A DNA stretch of 64,000 bases. Source: a virus (taxonomy: Duplodnaviria; Caudoviricetes). Shown piece by piece: positions 29,040 through 38,863 of the stretch (positions within the stretch are counted from its first letter, which is position 1; each line of letters begins with the position of its first letter). The DNA lies in IMG/VR virus record IMGVR_UViG_3300037418_001301, positions 11,327 through 75,326 of that record; one strand, written 5' to 3'. The translations under genes were made by a program, and so were the position numbers. The notes below the pieces were generated by a model. The model was given only the letters and a program-made list of their open reading frames with translations. It made no database searches and had not been told where the DNA came from.

Positions 29040-30350
29040 ATGGCCGGCGAAAATCAAAACATGGCGGCGGAAGATGATGTCCGCGATCTCATCCCGACCG
29101 CCGATAATGTCGAAGTTGTCGAAACCCGGCAACGCGAGGCTGAACCAGCCCCGACCGCAGTTCAGGAAGAACCGAAGAAGCCCCGCGAGGGCGGCAAGTA
29201 TGACGACAAGCGCGCATCGATTGTCGAAAAGCTGAAATCGCAGCGCAGTGGGCAGGATGTGCCGCTGAAGACCGTCGCTGAAGAGGCGCAGCAAAGCCGC
29301 CCCGCACCACAGCAGGCGGAAGTGCGCGAAGAGCGCACCCCGCAGCCAGTGGAACAGGCCGCTCCTGTAGTGGTCAAGACCGAAGACATTCCGGCGCCAG
29401 TGCGCCATAAGCTCAAAGTCAACGGCCGCGAGGTCGAAGTTGACGATGCACAGTTCACAGCGCTTGCCCAGAAGGCCCTTGCCTCCGAGAGCATTCTCGA
29501 AGATGCCAAGATTCTGAAGATACAGGCGCAACAGAGATTGACTGAACTTGATCGGTTAATGGCCAACCAAAGCCACAATGATCAGCCTCAGTCGAAACCA
29601 GCGAATGCCCCGGCAGAGGATACCAAACCGGCCACGGATGCAGAGTTGGACGAGATCATCGATCGTATCCAGACAGGTGATCTCAAAGAAGGCGTGGAAG
29701 CCCTCAAGAAGTTCGGAAAACAGGTTACGGACCAAGTGCTGGAAACAGTCAGGTCCAATCTCGGAGACGTCGATGCGCGTATGGCTGCTACCATACAGCA
29801 TGCGCAGGAAACCGCTCGTATCCAAGCCGAAACTCAGAAGGTGCTTGACGACTTCGTTTCCGAAAACCCTGATTTCTCTCAATCGCAGCGCCGGCTGGAA
29901 GTCTTGCTCGACTCCACCGTCGAAGTGATGCGAGACAACCTCTATGCGATCGGCGTCAGGCCGGAAGTTCTTCAGAATTTCGCGCAGACCCACGGCCTTG
30001 CCCCACAGGCGGCCATCGGTTTTGCCTATCGCAAACTGCGTACGGAAGGGCAGCCTCTGGCTGATCCATCCGCCGTCATGAAGACGGCAGTAAAGAACGT
30101 CAGGGAAGCTTTCGGAATGCCGGAACCGCAACGTGGAGAGGCAAAGCCCGATCCCGCTCCGGCTTCAGCAGACAACTCAAACTTCGTGGCCGAGCGCATC
30201 GAAAGAAAGCAGGCCATGGCTCCCCAACCCAGACGGGCTAACATCTCCCCCGGAAATGACAGCGCACAGCCCGCCAATACCGAAGACGCTACCAATCAAA
30301 AGTATCGTCAGGTGGTGGCGCAAATGCGCGCATCGAGAAAGGGCAGGTAA
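29040..30350 (+). CDS. capsid scaffolding protein
   Basis: Charged, low-complexity protein; HKLKVNGREVEV; basic C-terminus; directly upstream of the MCP. Confidence 0.75.
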   Translation: MAGENQNMAAEDDVRDLIPTADNVEVVETRQREAEPAPTAVQEEPKKPREGGKYDDKRASIVEKLKSQRSGQDVPLKTVAEEAQQSRPAPQQAEVREERTPQPVEQAAPVVVKTEDIPAPVRHKLKVNGREVEVDDAQFTALAQKALASESILEDAKILKIQAQQRLTELDRLMANQSHNDQPQSKPANAPAEDTKPATDAELDEIIDRIQTGDLKEGVEALKKFGKQVTDQVLETVRSNLGDVDARMAATIQHAQETARIQAETQKVLDDFVSENPDFSQSQRRLEVLLDSTVEVMRDNLYAIGVRPEVLQNFAQTHGLAPQAAIGFAYRKLRTEGQPLADPSAVMKTAVKNVREAFGMPEPQRGEAKPDPAPASADNSNFVAERIERKQAMAPQPRRANISPGNDSAQPANTEDATNQKYRQVVAQMRASRKGR

Positions 30351-30377
30351 CCCGTCATCCTCTGAAAGGACGATGAC

Positions 30378-32686
30378 ATGGCCGGACAACTTTGGTCAGT
30401 CAACACCCAGGGCGGTTATCTCTATTCCGATAACCTCTCTGACCACCTCCGCTTCGAACTGCAGCCGCGGACCAAGCTCCGCAATCTCGCCGACGCCTCC
30501 GACAAGGCAATCGGCCTGCACAAGGGCAACACCTTCCGCTGGGATCGGTTCTCCAAGCTCAACAAGCGCGGCGGCCCGATCGATGAGCAGCAGAGCATGC
30601 CGGAAACAAACTTCACCATCGGCCAGGCAAGCCTGACCATCGGTGAATTCGGTTATAGATTAGCCGCTTGATTTGGATTGGTAGTACCTTCGAAAGGTAA
30701 CCGCCTTCGTGCCATATGTATCTGTGGCGCGATGGCACTTTATGCAAAGCGTTCTCAGATTGCTCGGATTCATCCCCAAAGATGGCTCCGAGGAAGTTGG
30801 GAGAATATGATCAACGTGCAGAATTATGCGAGACCCACGCCCTTCGTGGTTACGGTCCCCGCATAGTTGGCAGGTGTAGTTATCGCGTTTTAGAATTTCG
30901 AGGCGCAGCTGGCGATATTCGCTGGTGTCTCGGAACCCTCTGACGCCGCCACACCAATTGCCGTGATCCTTTCCAGTCGGGAAATCCCTAGAATACTCCT
31001 TCTTGGTTTTTCCTCTATTCCAAGCTACCTGACCTTTCTTTGACCGAAGCCATTTGGTTCGAAGAACTGGGTCAGAGGCAAGCCTCTCATTGACGTGTGA
31101 CCAGTCGCAATAGGCTTCATGGCCTTTGCGAAATCCCATGCGTTCAAGCGATGGATGGTCTCCTTTCTTCATCCCTCTGTTCCAGCCCGCAACGGTTTGG
31201 GTCTTTCGGGTTTTGGGATGGTGACCAACCTTATATTCGCCAATGATCAGGCCGCCGCCTTCAGACCTTGGACGATACACTGGGAATGGATAGAACGTTT
31301 CACCGCATCCGCATTTGCAGATAACAGCGGTTCGTTCTCTTTGCGCTTTGCTTACGCCCAAGTTAGTTCCTTTCGATGAGTAAATTCCGAATCTAGAAAA
31401 CGGGGTGAATTGCTGGAAAGCCCAACCGCTGAGAGGCGAGGGTAATCAGCAGCCAAGCCGCATATGTAAGCCGAAAGGCCTAGGGATGCGGAAGGTTCAA
31501 CGACTAGGCTTTGACGAAAGAATAAGAAGCCCACGAGCGCCCTGCGCCACACCATTGGCGATGATATAGTCTGAGCTACCGCGAAATCGGTAGAAGCGAG
31601 AGTTTAAACTACACTCGCGATAACACAAACTGAATTCTGTACCGTACACCGGACTCCTCGAGAACCTCGGGGAAATCGATGTCAAGGACATCATCGACCA
31701 GACCCTCCGCGACGACGCACGTCAAACGCTGGATCGTCTCGTCGGTTACCAGATGTTCCAGACGCCGCTTCGTGTGGCGCCGACATCCGGCACATCGACA
31801 ACCGCTGTCACGTTGACCACCAACAGCGCGACCGCAACCACCAACAACGTCGAACTCGGCACTGGCCACATCAAGGCCATTTCCGATATCATGAAAGATC
31901 GTAACGTGCCCGCGTATGATGGGGACGACTACGTTGCGGTCACTCATGCCACGACGATGCGCACTTTCAAGAACAGCCTGGAGACCATTCACCAGTACAG
32001 CGAGACTGGTATCCAGCTGATCTTCAAGGGCGAAGTAGGCCGCTACGAATCGATCCGCTGGATCGAGCAGAACGAAATCCCGAAGGGTCACGCCAATGAC
32101 GCGGCGTTCAACCTGACCTCCGGTTCCGCCAACTACGTCTATGACGCCGTTGCCGACGACTGGAACAACGGGAAGTCCTCTTGGGCTCTGTTCATGGGCT
32201 CGGACACCGTTCTGGAAGCGCCGGCCATCCCTGAGGAAATCCGCGCAAAGTTGCCCGGCGACTACGGTCGCGACAAGGGCATCGCTTGGTTGAACTGAAG
32301 AGGTATAGCCAAGCCTAAACTCCGTGAACTGACTGGAAACCCCTGAGAGCACAGAACGCCACAGCGTAGCTTGGAAAGGCAAGCGCGATGGCTTGAAAAG
32401 TTCTGTGATTGGGCAATCAGCAGCCAAGCCCCGAGAACCGGGGAAGGTTCAACGACTAACATGTAGGGCCAAGCGGCCCGAAGTGCGGAGCGCCCCTTAC
32501 CCAAGGGGACGAAGATATAGTCTCGTCCCATAGGAAACTATGGGCAGCAATTGCCAGATGCGTTTGGCAAGAGCGGCACGGTTTTAGCGAAACCGTGTGA
32601 AGATTTCCGATTACCTCGGCGGTGCCGGCCTGACCCACCAGGACGCCACCAACGCGCGTGTCATTTTGTGGGACAGTGCTGCCTGA
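30378..32686 (+). CDS. N4-gp56-like major capsid protein split by two group I introns; exons 30378-30653, 31633-32290, 32610-32686 (336 aa)
   Basis: Spliced junctions read TIGEFG|NSVPYTG and GIAWY|YLGG...WDSAA*; exon lengths 276+658+77 = 1011 nt = 337 codons including the stop. Confidence 0.9.
30654..31632 (+). mobile_element. group I intron 1 (979 nt) with an HNH ORF in loop L2
   Basis: 5' exon ends in U paired with G (cggt/gccg, P1); terminal G 31632; P10 tatagatt pairs with the 3' exon; P3 cggggtg/cgccctg; core motifs gaattgctggaaag, aatcagcagcc, ttcaacgacta, gatatagtct. Confidence 0.92.
30660..31361 (-). CDS. intron-borne HNH homing endonuclease, antisense to the intron
   Basis: TTG start with AAAGGA RBS; CKCGCG Zn-ribbon; NUMOD3-like AWNRG repeats; CQLC...HVDHI...NLRTLCIKCH. 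Confidence 0.88.
   Translation of the reverse strand: MGVSKAQRERTAVICKCGCGETFYPFPVYRPRSEGGGLIIGEYKVGHHPKTRKTQTVAGWNRGMKKGDHPSLERMGFRKGHEAYCDWSHVNERLASDPVLRTKWLRSKKGQVAWNRGKTKKEYSRDFPTGKDHGNWCGGVRGFRDTSEYRQLRLEILKRDNYTCQLCGDRNHEGRGSRIILHVDHILPTSSEPSLGMNPSNLRTLCIKCHRATDTYGTKAVTFRRYYQSKSSG
32291..32609 (+). mobile_element. group I intron 2 (319 nt, no ORF)
   Basis: P1 gcttggt/gccaagc with U-G; P10 gaggta/tacctc; P3 ctccgtg/tgcggag; aatcagcagcc, ttcaacgacta, aagatatagtct; P9 cccatag-gaaa-ctatggg; terminal G. Confidence 0.93.
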
Positions 32687-32746
32687 TCCGGCGGGGCGGG
32701 TTAGCGCCCGCCCTTTCCATTTCTTCAAATCGAAAGGACATTGGAA

Positions 32747-33136
32747 ATGTCTTATTCCAATCCGAACCGCCGGACCTACAGCTTTTCGGCCATTGACTTC
32801 GGGACATCTGGCTCCCGTTTCATCATTGGCCCGAAGGGCAAGACTGGCCATCTCGTGGAAATCCACGCATCGGTTACCACGACCTTCACCGCCACGACAA
32901 CGGCAGGCCGCATCGATGTCGGCAATTCCACATCCGCAACAGCTTATCAGCAGTTGTCGATGGGAACGACAGCGGCCGGCGTGGCAATCTCGACCAACGA
33001 TGGTGTGTCCACTGTGACCACGACGCTGCTCGATATTCCGGCCGATACTCAGGTCAAGATCTCCTCGACTGCGCCCACTGGCGGCACTCCCGCTGGCGTT
33101 GCGACGTTCCAGGTGACCATCGACTGGGCCGACTAA
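32747..33136 (+). CDS. putative capsid decoration/minor head protein
   Basis: Beta-rich Thr/Gly protein immediately after the MCP. Confidence 0.65.
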   Translation: MSYSNPNRRTYSFSAIDFGTSGSRFIIGPKGKTGHLVEIHASVTTTFTATTTAGRIDVGNSTSATAYQQLSMGTTAAGVAISTNDGVSTVTTTLLDIPADTQVKISSTAPTGGTPAGVATFQVTIDWAD

Positions 33137-33186
33137 GCCCCTGCCGTTCGCTCACGGGCGGGCGGCCATCATCAAAGGAGAATGCG

Positions 33187-33411
33187 ATGTCAGAAGACAA
33201 ACGCAGATATGTCTCCCGTCATCCCCGCAACACGGAAAAGCCGATTGCGCCGACCGGCGGGAAGAATGCAGCCGCAGACGGATACACCATCCGTCATCGT
33301 GAAACCTTCGATCGTAAGTGTGACGGTGAACTCTGGAACAAGAGCACGGACGTGTCTCCGGGACTCAAGGACGACACCGACATTCTCTACGATTCTTACT
33401 TGATGGATTGA
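33187..33411 (+). CDS. hypothetical protein
   Basis: AAAGGAG RBS. Confidence 0.55.
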   Translation: MSEDKRRYVSRHPRNTEKPIAPTGGKNAAADGYTIRHRETFDRKCDGELWNKSTDVSPGLKDDTDILYDSYLMD

Positions 33412-33416
33412 ACATC

Positions 33417-33608
33417 ATGGACAACACCACTGTGAAAATGCCCGCAGCCAACGGCAAGATGATCTACAAGTCCACCGCCGTTGACACTTCCGACTACCAG
33501 GTCAAGGGCACCGACGCCGGCACGCAGCTCAAGAACCAGGGCTTCGGCGGCGGCCGTGACAACCTCAGCCATTCCATCACTTCCGGCACCGTGCCGGGCG
33601 GCAAGTGA
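33417..33608 (+). CDS. hypothetical small protein
   Basis: ORF with phage-like codon usage. Confidence 0.55.
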   Translation: MDNTTVKMPAANGKMIYKSTAVDTSDYQVKGTDAGTQLKNQGFGGGRDNLSHSITSGTVPGGK

Positions 33609-33618
33609 GGGTCTGACC

Positions 33619-33981
33619 ATGGCTGATCCGCGACTGGACATGAGCCGGCCTTACGGCACGATCTATCCGCCGCTTGAAGACGGTTCCCGTTTCGAACAGG
33701 ACGGGTGCGTATTCGGGCATGACGGCAGGTTCATCAAAGGTCCGGCGCGGGCATCAGGGGCGGCGAAATCCGCCCCCAAGCCCCCCGTCGAACAAATCGA
33801 ACCGCAACCCGACGAAGCTGTTGACCTCGTTGCCTGGGCGAAGGGCAGGAACTACCCGTTCTTCAAGGTCAAAGAGGCGATGAAGCAGGCAATGCCGAAC
33901 GCTGACGTCTCCAACGCCAAGACCATTCTTGCTGCGCTGATCGATGGCGCAATCGTCGGCGCCGATGAGGTCGGCCGCTGA
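33619..33981 (+). CDS. hypothetical protein
   Basis: MADPRLDMSRPYGTI..., RBS GAGG. Confidence 0.6.
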   Translation: MADPRLDMSRPYGTIYPPLEDGSRFEQDGCVFGHDGRFIKGPARASGAAKSAPKPPVEQIEPQPDEAVDLVAWAKGRNYPFFKVKEAMKQAMPNADVSNAKTILAALIDGAIVGADEVGR

Positions 33982-34616
33982 TGGATTACGATACGCTTGT
34001 CGGGGAAAAGACCGTCGTAGGATCCATTAAGTACCAAATAAACTACGACCGTATCGACTCCGCCGGCGTCCTGACAGAAGCGCAGGCGTGGATTTATTCC
34101 AAGCTTCGCGTCAGGCAAATGCAGACCTCGGCAAGCGTGACGATCGCGCAAGGGGCGTCAACCGCCTCTTTCCCGACAGGCTATCTCGATCCGCTCCATT
34201 TTGGCATCCCCGGCTTCATCTCAAGGATCAGGCGCAAGGATGTCGAGTGGTTCAGGACCAATCTTGGCTTCGATGAAACGGCAACTCTTCCCGAAGGGCT
34301 GCCCACCTATTGGACGGACTATAACGATCTGATCCAACTGAACACCGTGGCGGACCAAGCCTATACGGCTTCAATGGTGTTCTTCAAAACCCCAGATGCG
34401 TTGAGTTCGTCCAACCCCACCAATTGGCTAACGACCAAATACCCGACATTGGTCAGGCGCGTCTGCACCATGATCGCCGCGGAGGCACGGAAAGAGTTCG
34501 ACACCTTCGATCGTGACGAAGCCAGAGCGCTTCAGATGATCGAGGAAATCAAGATTGAATCCGACAATTCGTTGCGCGGCATCGAGTTAGACTTCGAATG
34601 GAATGAGAGCTACTGA
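33981..34616 (+). CDS. head-tail adaptor protein
   Basis: Position and size; EAQAWIYSKLRVRQM; WLTTKYPTL. Confidence 0.65.
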   Translation: MDYDTLVGEKTVVGSIKYQINYDRIDSAGVLTEAQAWIYSKLRVRQMQTSASVTIAQGASTASFPTGYLDPLHFGIPGFISRIRRKDVEWFRTNLGFDETATLPEGLPTYWTDYNDLIQLNTVADQAYTASMVFFKTPDALSSSNPTNWLTTKYPTLVRRVCTMIAAEARKEFDTFDRDEARALQMIEEIKIESDNSLRGIELDFEWNESY

Positions 34617-35155
34617 TGGGCAGTTTCACCAACGATCTCCAGCTTATCGATCTCCTGCTGGGCGAAAGCGCAGGCTCGGGCTACGCCAACTGGGGCGATG
34701 CTGCGGATGACAATTTCAGCAAGATTGAAAAAGCTCTCACCGCCACCACGGATATCACCGTCACCACAGCGAATGTGACGCTGACGGACACGGACATCAA
34801 ATGCCTAAGGTTGGCCTTTTCCGGGACCAAGACGGCCAATCGCAGCGTCATCTTCCCAACCAGGAAACGGTTCTATTTTGCCAGCAACCAGACTGGAGGT
34901 AGCTTCACTCTAACAGGAAAATGCTCCGGCCAACCCGGCATCGAGATCAGGTCTGGCGTCGACATCCTTTATTGTGATGGTACGGATATTTCGTCTTTGA
35001 TGACCGGGCCGCACAACAGGTTTCTGAACAGCATTGACATGGAGCCCCCGCCGGCCGGACGCATAACGATCTTCGCCAGGAACGATGATGGTAAGTTCGG
35101 GACGGCCGAACTCGACAAGACGACAGGCCAACTTCTCGGCTTCACTGAGCTTTGA
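34616..35155 (+). CDS. tail-associated protein
   Basis: WGDAADDNFSKIEKAL N-terminal motif of fibre-attachment type. Confidence 0.55.
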   Translation: MGSFTNDLQLIDLLLGESAGSGYANWGDAADDNFSKIEKALTATTDITVTTANVTLTDTDIKCLRLAFSGTKTANRSVIFPTRKRFYFASNQTGGSFTLTGKCSGQPGIEIRSGVDILYCDGTDISSLMTGPHNRFLNSIDMEPPPAGRITIFARNDDGKFGTAELDKTTGQLLGFTEL

Positions 35156-35161
35156 CGGCAT

Positions 35162-36955
35162 ATGCCATTCATTCCGATCACTATTCCGCCTGGCGTCGTC
35201 AAGACGAACAGCGATTTTGCCGCGACTGGCAGGTGGGTCGACATGGACAAGGTGCGGTTTACTAGCGGCTTTCCAGAGAAGATTGGCGGCATCCGCAAGT
35301 TCTTCGCCGGACAGTTCACAGGGAAGGCTCGAGGTGCCCGCGCATGGTCAGCGTCCGATGGTGTCCAGCATTTGATGTGGGGGACACAGAACGATCTCTA
35401 TGTGCTCCGCCAAGGCACGAAGACGCGGATCACGCCATATCGAAAGAATGCCACCAACATAGCCCTGACAGACCCGTTCTCGACCACCAATGGCTCACCC
35501 ATAGTGACAGTCACCGATACGCTCCATGGGATCAGCAATGTCGGCGTGACGGTCACATTCTCTGGAGCGTCAGCAGTTGGCGGGATTACGATCAATGGCG
35601 ATTATCTCGTCACCGAGATCGTTGACCCAGACAACTTCAAGATCACCCACACCTCAAACGCTACATCGACGGCAACGGGTGGCGGCTCAGTGACGGCGTC
35701 CTATGAAATCAACTTCGGCCTGGAAAGCCCTTCCTATGCCCTTGGCTGGGGCGTAGGCGGCTGGGGCGAGGGTTATTGGGGTATGGAGGCATCGATTGCC
35801 GAATCCACGCTCAGTGACATGCGCTGGTGGTCTATCGACGGCTATGGCGAAGATGTCATGGTCTGCCCGCTGATGGAGACGGTCTATCACTACGACACCA
35901 GCGCCGGTCCTGCGCGCCCCGCGAAACTCACCAATGCGCCGGCGCAGATTCGCTATGTATTCGTTACCCCGGAGCGCTACATCTTTGCGCTCGGCTGTAC
36001 AAATCTTGCCGGTGATTTTGATGCGATGACGGTGCGCTGGCCAGATGTCGATGATTTCACGGTCTGGACGCCGACAAGCACCAACACGGCTAACGAGAGA
36101 AAGCTCCAGCTCGGATCGCGGCTTATGGCCGGTGTAGGGCTAACCTCTGGCGTATCGCTGGTCTGGTCGGATTATGCAGTCTTCGCCTTCCAGTTTACCG
36201 GCTCGCGCTTCATCTATGACGATCATCCAGTCGGGACGGAATGCGGGCTGATCGGGCCTCACGCATTCTGTAAAACCGATCAGATGGCGTTCTGGATGTC
36301 GGCTTACGGCTTCCACGTCTATTCGTCCTATGTGCAGGCCATTCCGAACCAGGATGATATCCGCGACTGGGTTGCTGCGATGATCAATATCCAGCATCTC
36401 CAGAAGACATTCGCGTTCTACAACAAGAACTTCAACGAAGTGTGGTTTGTTTTCCCGACAACGACATCGGAACCAGACACCTATGTCGCGGTCAATCTCG
36501 ACGCCTATTACTGGATGAACGGAACCTACGACCGGACCTGTCACGCCAAGTACACGTCTGGCGAAATCCGCCCGATCCTGTTTGGGACAAACGGTTACAT
36601 CTATCTGCACGAGACAACCGACAATCACGATAATGACGGCGCCGCGATGCGCGCGTTTCTGGACATGGGGCTATTCGCCCTCAACGACGGCAATGACAGC
36701 GTCGATATCTTTGGCTTTGCCCCAGATACCCAACGGCAATCCGGCGATCTGCAAGTGACGATGTACGGCAAGGATTGGCCGAAAGACGAGGTCATGGACA
36801 CCGACGCCATTACCGTAGGCGAGACGGATCGGCTGGTGGATTGCCGGGTTTCCGGCCGGCACGTTGGCCTGACCATCGTATCAGACACCATTGCGGGGGA
36901 CTTCCGGCTTGGAAAGTTCGGGGTCGAAATAACCGGGGCGGGCAAGAAACGATGA
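35162..36955 (+). CDS. tail tubular/nozzle (packaged-DNA stabilisation) protein
   Basis: 597-aa beta-propeller-like composition; RWVDMDKVRF..GFPEKIGG; position. Confidence 0.75.
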   Translation: MPFIPITIPPGVVKTNSDFAATGRWVDMDKVRFTSGFPEKIGGIRKFFAGQFTGKARGARAWSASDGVQHLMWGTQNDLYVLRQGTKTRITPYRKNATNIALTDPFSTTNGSPIVTVTDTLHGISNVGVTVTFSGASAVGGITINGDYLVTEIVDPDNFKITHTSNATSTATGGGSVTASYEINFGLESPSYALGWGVGGWGEGYWGMEASIAESTLSDMRWWSIDGYGEDVMVCPLMETVYHYDTSAGPARPAKLTNAPAQIRYVFVTPERYIFALGCTNLAGDFDAMTVRWPDVDDFTVWTPTSTNTANERKLQLGSRLMAGVGLTSGVSLVWSDYAVFAFQFTGSRFIYDDHPVGTECGLIGPHAFCKTDQMAFWMSAYGFHVYSSYVQAIPNQDDIRDWVAAMINIQHLQKTFAFYNKNFNEVWFVFPTTTSEPDTYVAVNLDAYYWMNGTYDRTCHAKYTSGEIRPILFGTNGYIYLHETTDNHDNDGAAMRAFLDMGLFALNDGNDSVDIFGFAPDTQRQSGDLQVTMYGKDWPKDEVMDTDAITVGETDRLVDCRVSGRHVGLTIVSDTIAGDFRLGKFGVEITGAGKKR

Positions 36956-37215
36956 GGCGCGTTTCATTCGGCAACCCGCCAGGCAATATCCTCCAGGCAA
37001 CACCGGACATGCGATTTGTCCTGGAGGCACTTCGGGAGATCGAGAAGGCGAGCGCAGAGGCGGATGCGGGGCAAGTCGCCGACGCATTTACGCTGAGCAA
37101 TTACACGGAAACGCGAACGCTTGATGCTGGGGCCGCCACGCTTGGCGACGTTGCGAACGTCTTGGCCACCTTCATTTCCGATCTCCAAAAGCGCGGCACA
37201 AAGAGGACTGCCTGA
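36952..37215 (+). CDS. small tail protein
   Basis: LGDVANVLATFISDLQKRG. Confidence 0.6.
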   Translation: MRRVSFGNPPGNILQATPDMRFVLEALREIEKASAEADAGQVADAFTLSNYTETRTLDAGAATLGDVANVLATFISDLQKRGTKRTA

Positions 37216-38045
37216 TGTCGACAGAAACCCAAACCTCGCTACCAGACTGGTTGACGGAGCCAACCAAGGATGCCCTGTCGAAACTGCAGGGTTATCTCGG
37301 CTCCGACGACAACTATACCTATGGTATGAAGAAGGGCGAGAACCTCTTTACCGGGTTCAACCCATACCAGAACAAGGCGCTCGGAAACGTCGGCTGGCTC
37401 GCCAATCAGAACCTTGGGAAGATGTTTGGGCTGGATGCCGCAAAGAGCGGCTTCAACCGCTATATGGGGACCGGGCTTGTCAACGGGCAGGTCGGCTCCG
37501 TCAAAGACTATATGAGCCCGTATATCAAGGGCGTCCTCCATCCGCAAATCAGGGAAATCACGCAGGAAAGCCAACGGCAGGCGAATGATATCGGCAATCA
37601 AGCCGCCGCCGCAGGAGCTTTCGGAGACGCTCGCCACGGGATCGAAGAAGGCGAGAACATGGAGAAAACCAATCAGGCGATCTCCGACGCCACGGGGCAG
37701 GCCTACCAGAACGCTTTCGACCGCGGCCAAAACCAGCAGAACGTCATAGCGGAGCGGCAGGCTACAGGCGCCCAAGGGCTGATGGGCGTCGGCGATAACC
37801 TTTTCCAGAAGTTCAACGATGTCAACGACAGTCTCTATAACGCCGGCAACATCGCCTACAACATGGACGAAAAGCGCCGGCAGACCATGCAGTCTTTCCA
37901 AGAGGCGCTGAAGGACAAGAACTACAACGACGCAATCAAGCTTCTGGCGGCGCTCAATGGCTCGCCGAAAGAGTCGACCACGACCACGTCATCCAATGAT
38001 GGCCTCTTTGGCATTCTTGGTTCCGTGCTCGGCGGCCTGTTTTAA
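37215..38045 (+). CDS. putative DNA ejection (pilot) protein
   Basis: YMSPYI...AAAAGAFGDARHGI; ends TTTTSSNDGLFGILGSVLGGLF. Confidence 0.7.
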   Translation: MSTETQTSLPDWLTEPTKDALSKLQGYLGSDDNYTYGMKKGENLFTGFNPYQNKALGNVGWLANQNLGKMFGLDAAKSGFNRYMGTGLVNGQVGSVKDYMSPYIKGVLHPQIREITQESQRQANDIGNQAAAAGAFGDARHGIEEGENMEKTNQAISDATGQAYQNAFDRGQNQQNVIAERQATGAQGLMGVGDNLFQKFNDVNDSLYNAGNIAYNMDEKRRQTMQSFQEALKDKNYNDAIKLLAALNGSPKESTTTTSSNDGLFGILGSVLGGLF

Positions 38046-38056
38046 CGGAGACGCAC

Positions 38057-38863
38057 ATGACCCCCTATCAACAGCTTCTCATGCTGCTCTCCGGCTCTAC
38101 CGGCCTTTCCGGGCAGCCCAACGCGGGCGGCATGATGGCCAGTCCAATGGCCAGTCCGATGGCAGCACCGCAGGCGTCCAATCAGATGCGGCTCACGGGC
38201 GGATTGAATGCCGACCAGAAAATGGCGCCAAGTCCTCAGATGCAGAGTCAATCTGTGGTTGGCGACGATTGGGATCACGGCGGAAAACCTGGATTTTACA
38301 CCGGGGACCCTGGTGATAACGGCGATAACGGCCACAACGGCGATACTGGCGGAGATGGCCACGGCAAGGGTGACGACGTGCCGGACTTGACCGCTCTTAT
38401 GCAGCAATGGCGAAACGCCGTCGATCAGGGTCCATCTGGCTACACCAACGCGATGCGCCAGAACCTTGGCATGGGTGGTTCGCCCTATTCACTTGGCAAT
38501 CAATCCGGCATGGCATCGTTCATGGATCTGTTCATGGGCAAGAATGCCAATCGCGGCAATAACAACGGCGGTCCCGGCCGCGATATCGGTGGTCCCGGTT
38601 CGGAGGGGCCAGGATTCCGCTGGCTCGGTGACCACAACAACCGCGGCGGGCCAGGTTCAGAAGGTCCGGGATTTCGCTGGCTAGGCGGTCATAATGGCGG
38701 CAACGGTGATAACAACGGCGGCGGCATGCATCCGCTGCAACCGATCAGCCCTCTTGGCCCGAACATCGGGCGCGTTCCAACCCCTCGCGATATCGGCGGC
38801 CCAGGCTTGGAAGGCCCCGGCTTTCGCTGGCTCGGGGGTAGCAATAACGGGAGGCAAGCATGA
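38057..38863 (+). CDS. Gly/Asn-rich low-complexity internal virion protein
   Basis: Three GGPG(S/L)EGPGFRWLG repeats. Confidence 0.55.
   Translation: MTPYQQLLMLLSGSTGLSGQPNAGGMMASPMASPMAAPQASNQMRLTGGLNADQKMAPSPQMQSQSVVGDDWDHGGKPGFYTGDPGDNGDNGHNGDTGGDGHGKGDDVPDLTALMQQWRNAVDQGPSGYTNAMRQNLGMGGSPYSLGNQSGMASFMDLFMGKNANRGNNNGGPGRDIGGPGSEGPGFRWLGDHNNRGGPGSEGPGFRWLGGHNGGNGDNNGGGMHPLQPISPLGPNIGRVPTPRDIGGPGLEGPGFRWLGGSNNGRQA

Noticed and set aside
30378-30671. 97-aa ORF as a stand-alone gene, and 31753-32298 as a separate 181-aa gene
   Set aside because: Both are exon fragments of the intron-split capsid gene
30654-32609. Capsid pseudogene or sequencing frameshift
   Set aside because: Complete group I cores, correct splice-site chemistry and exact frame restoration argue for functional introns
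38560-38840. CRISPR-like or DNA tandem repeat
   Set aside because: The repeats are conserved as peptide with synonymous DNA differences, and there is no repeat-spacer periodicity
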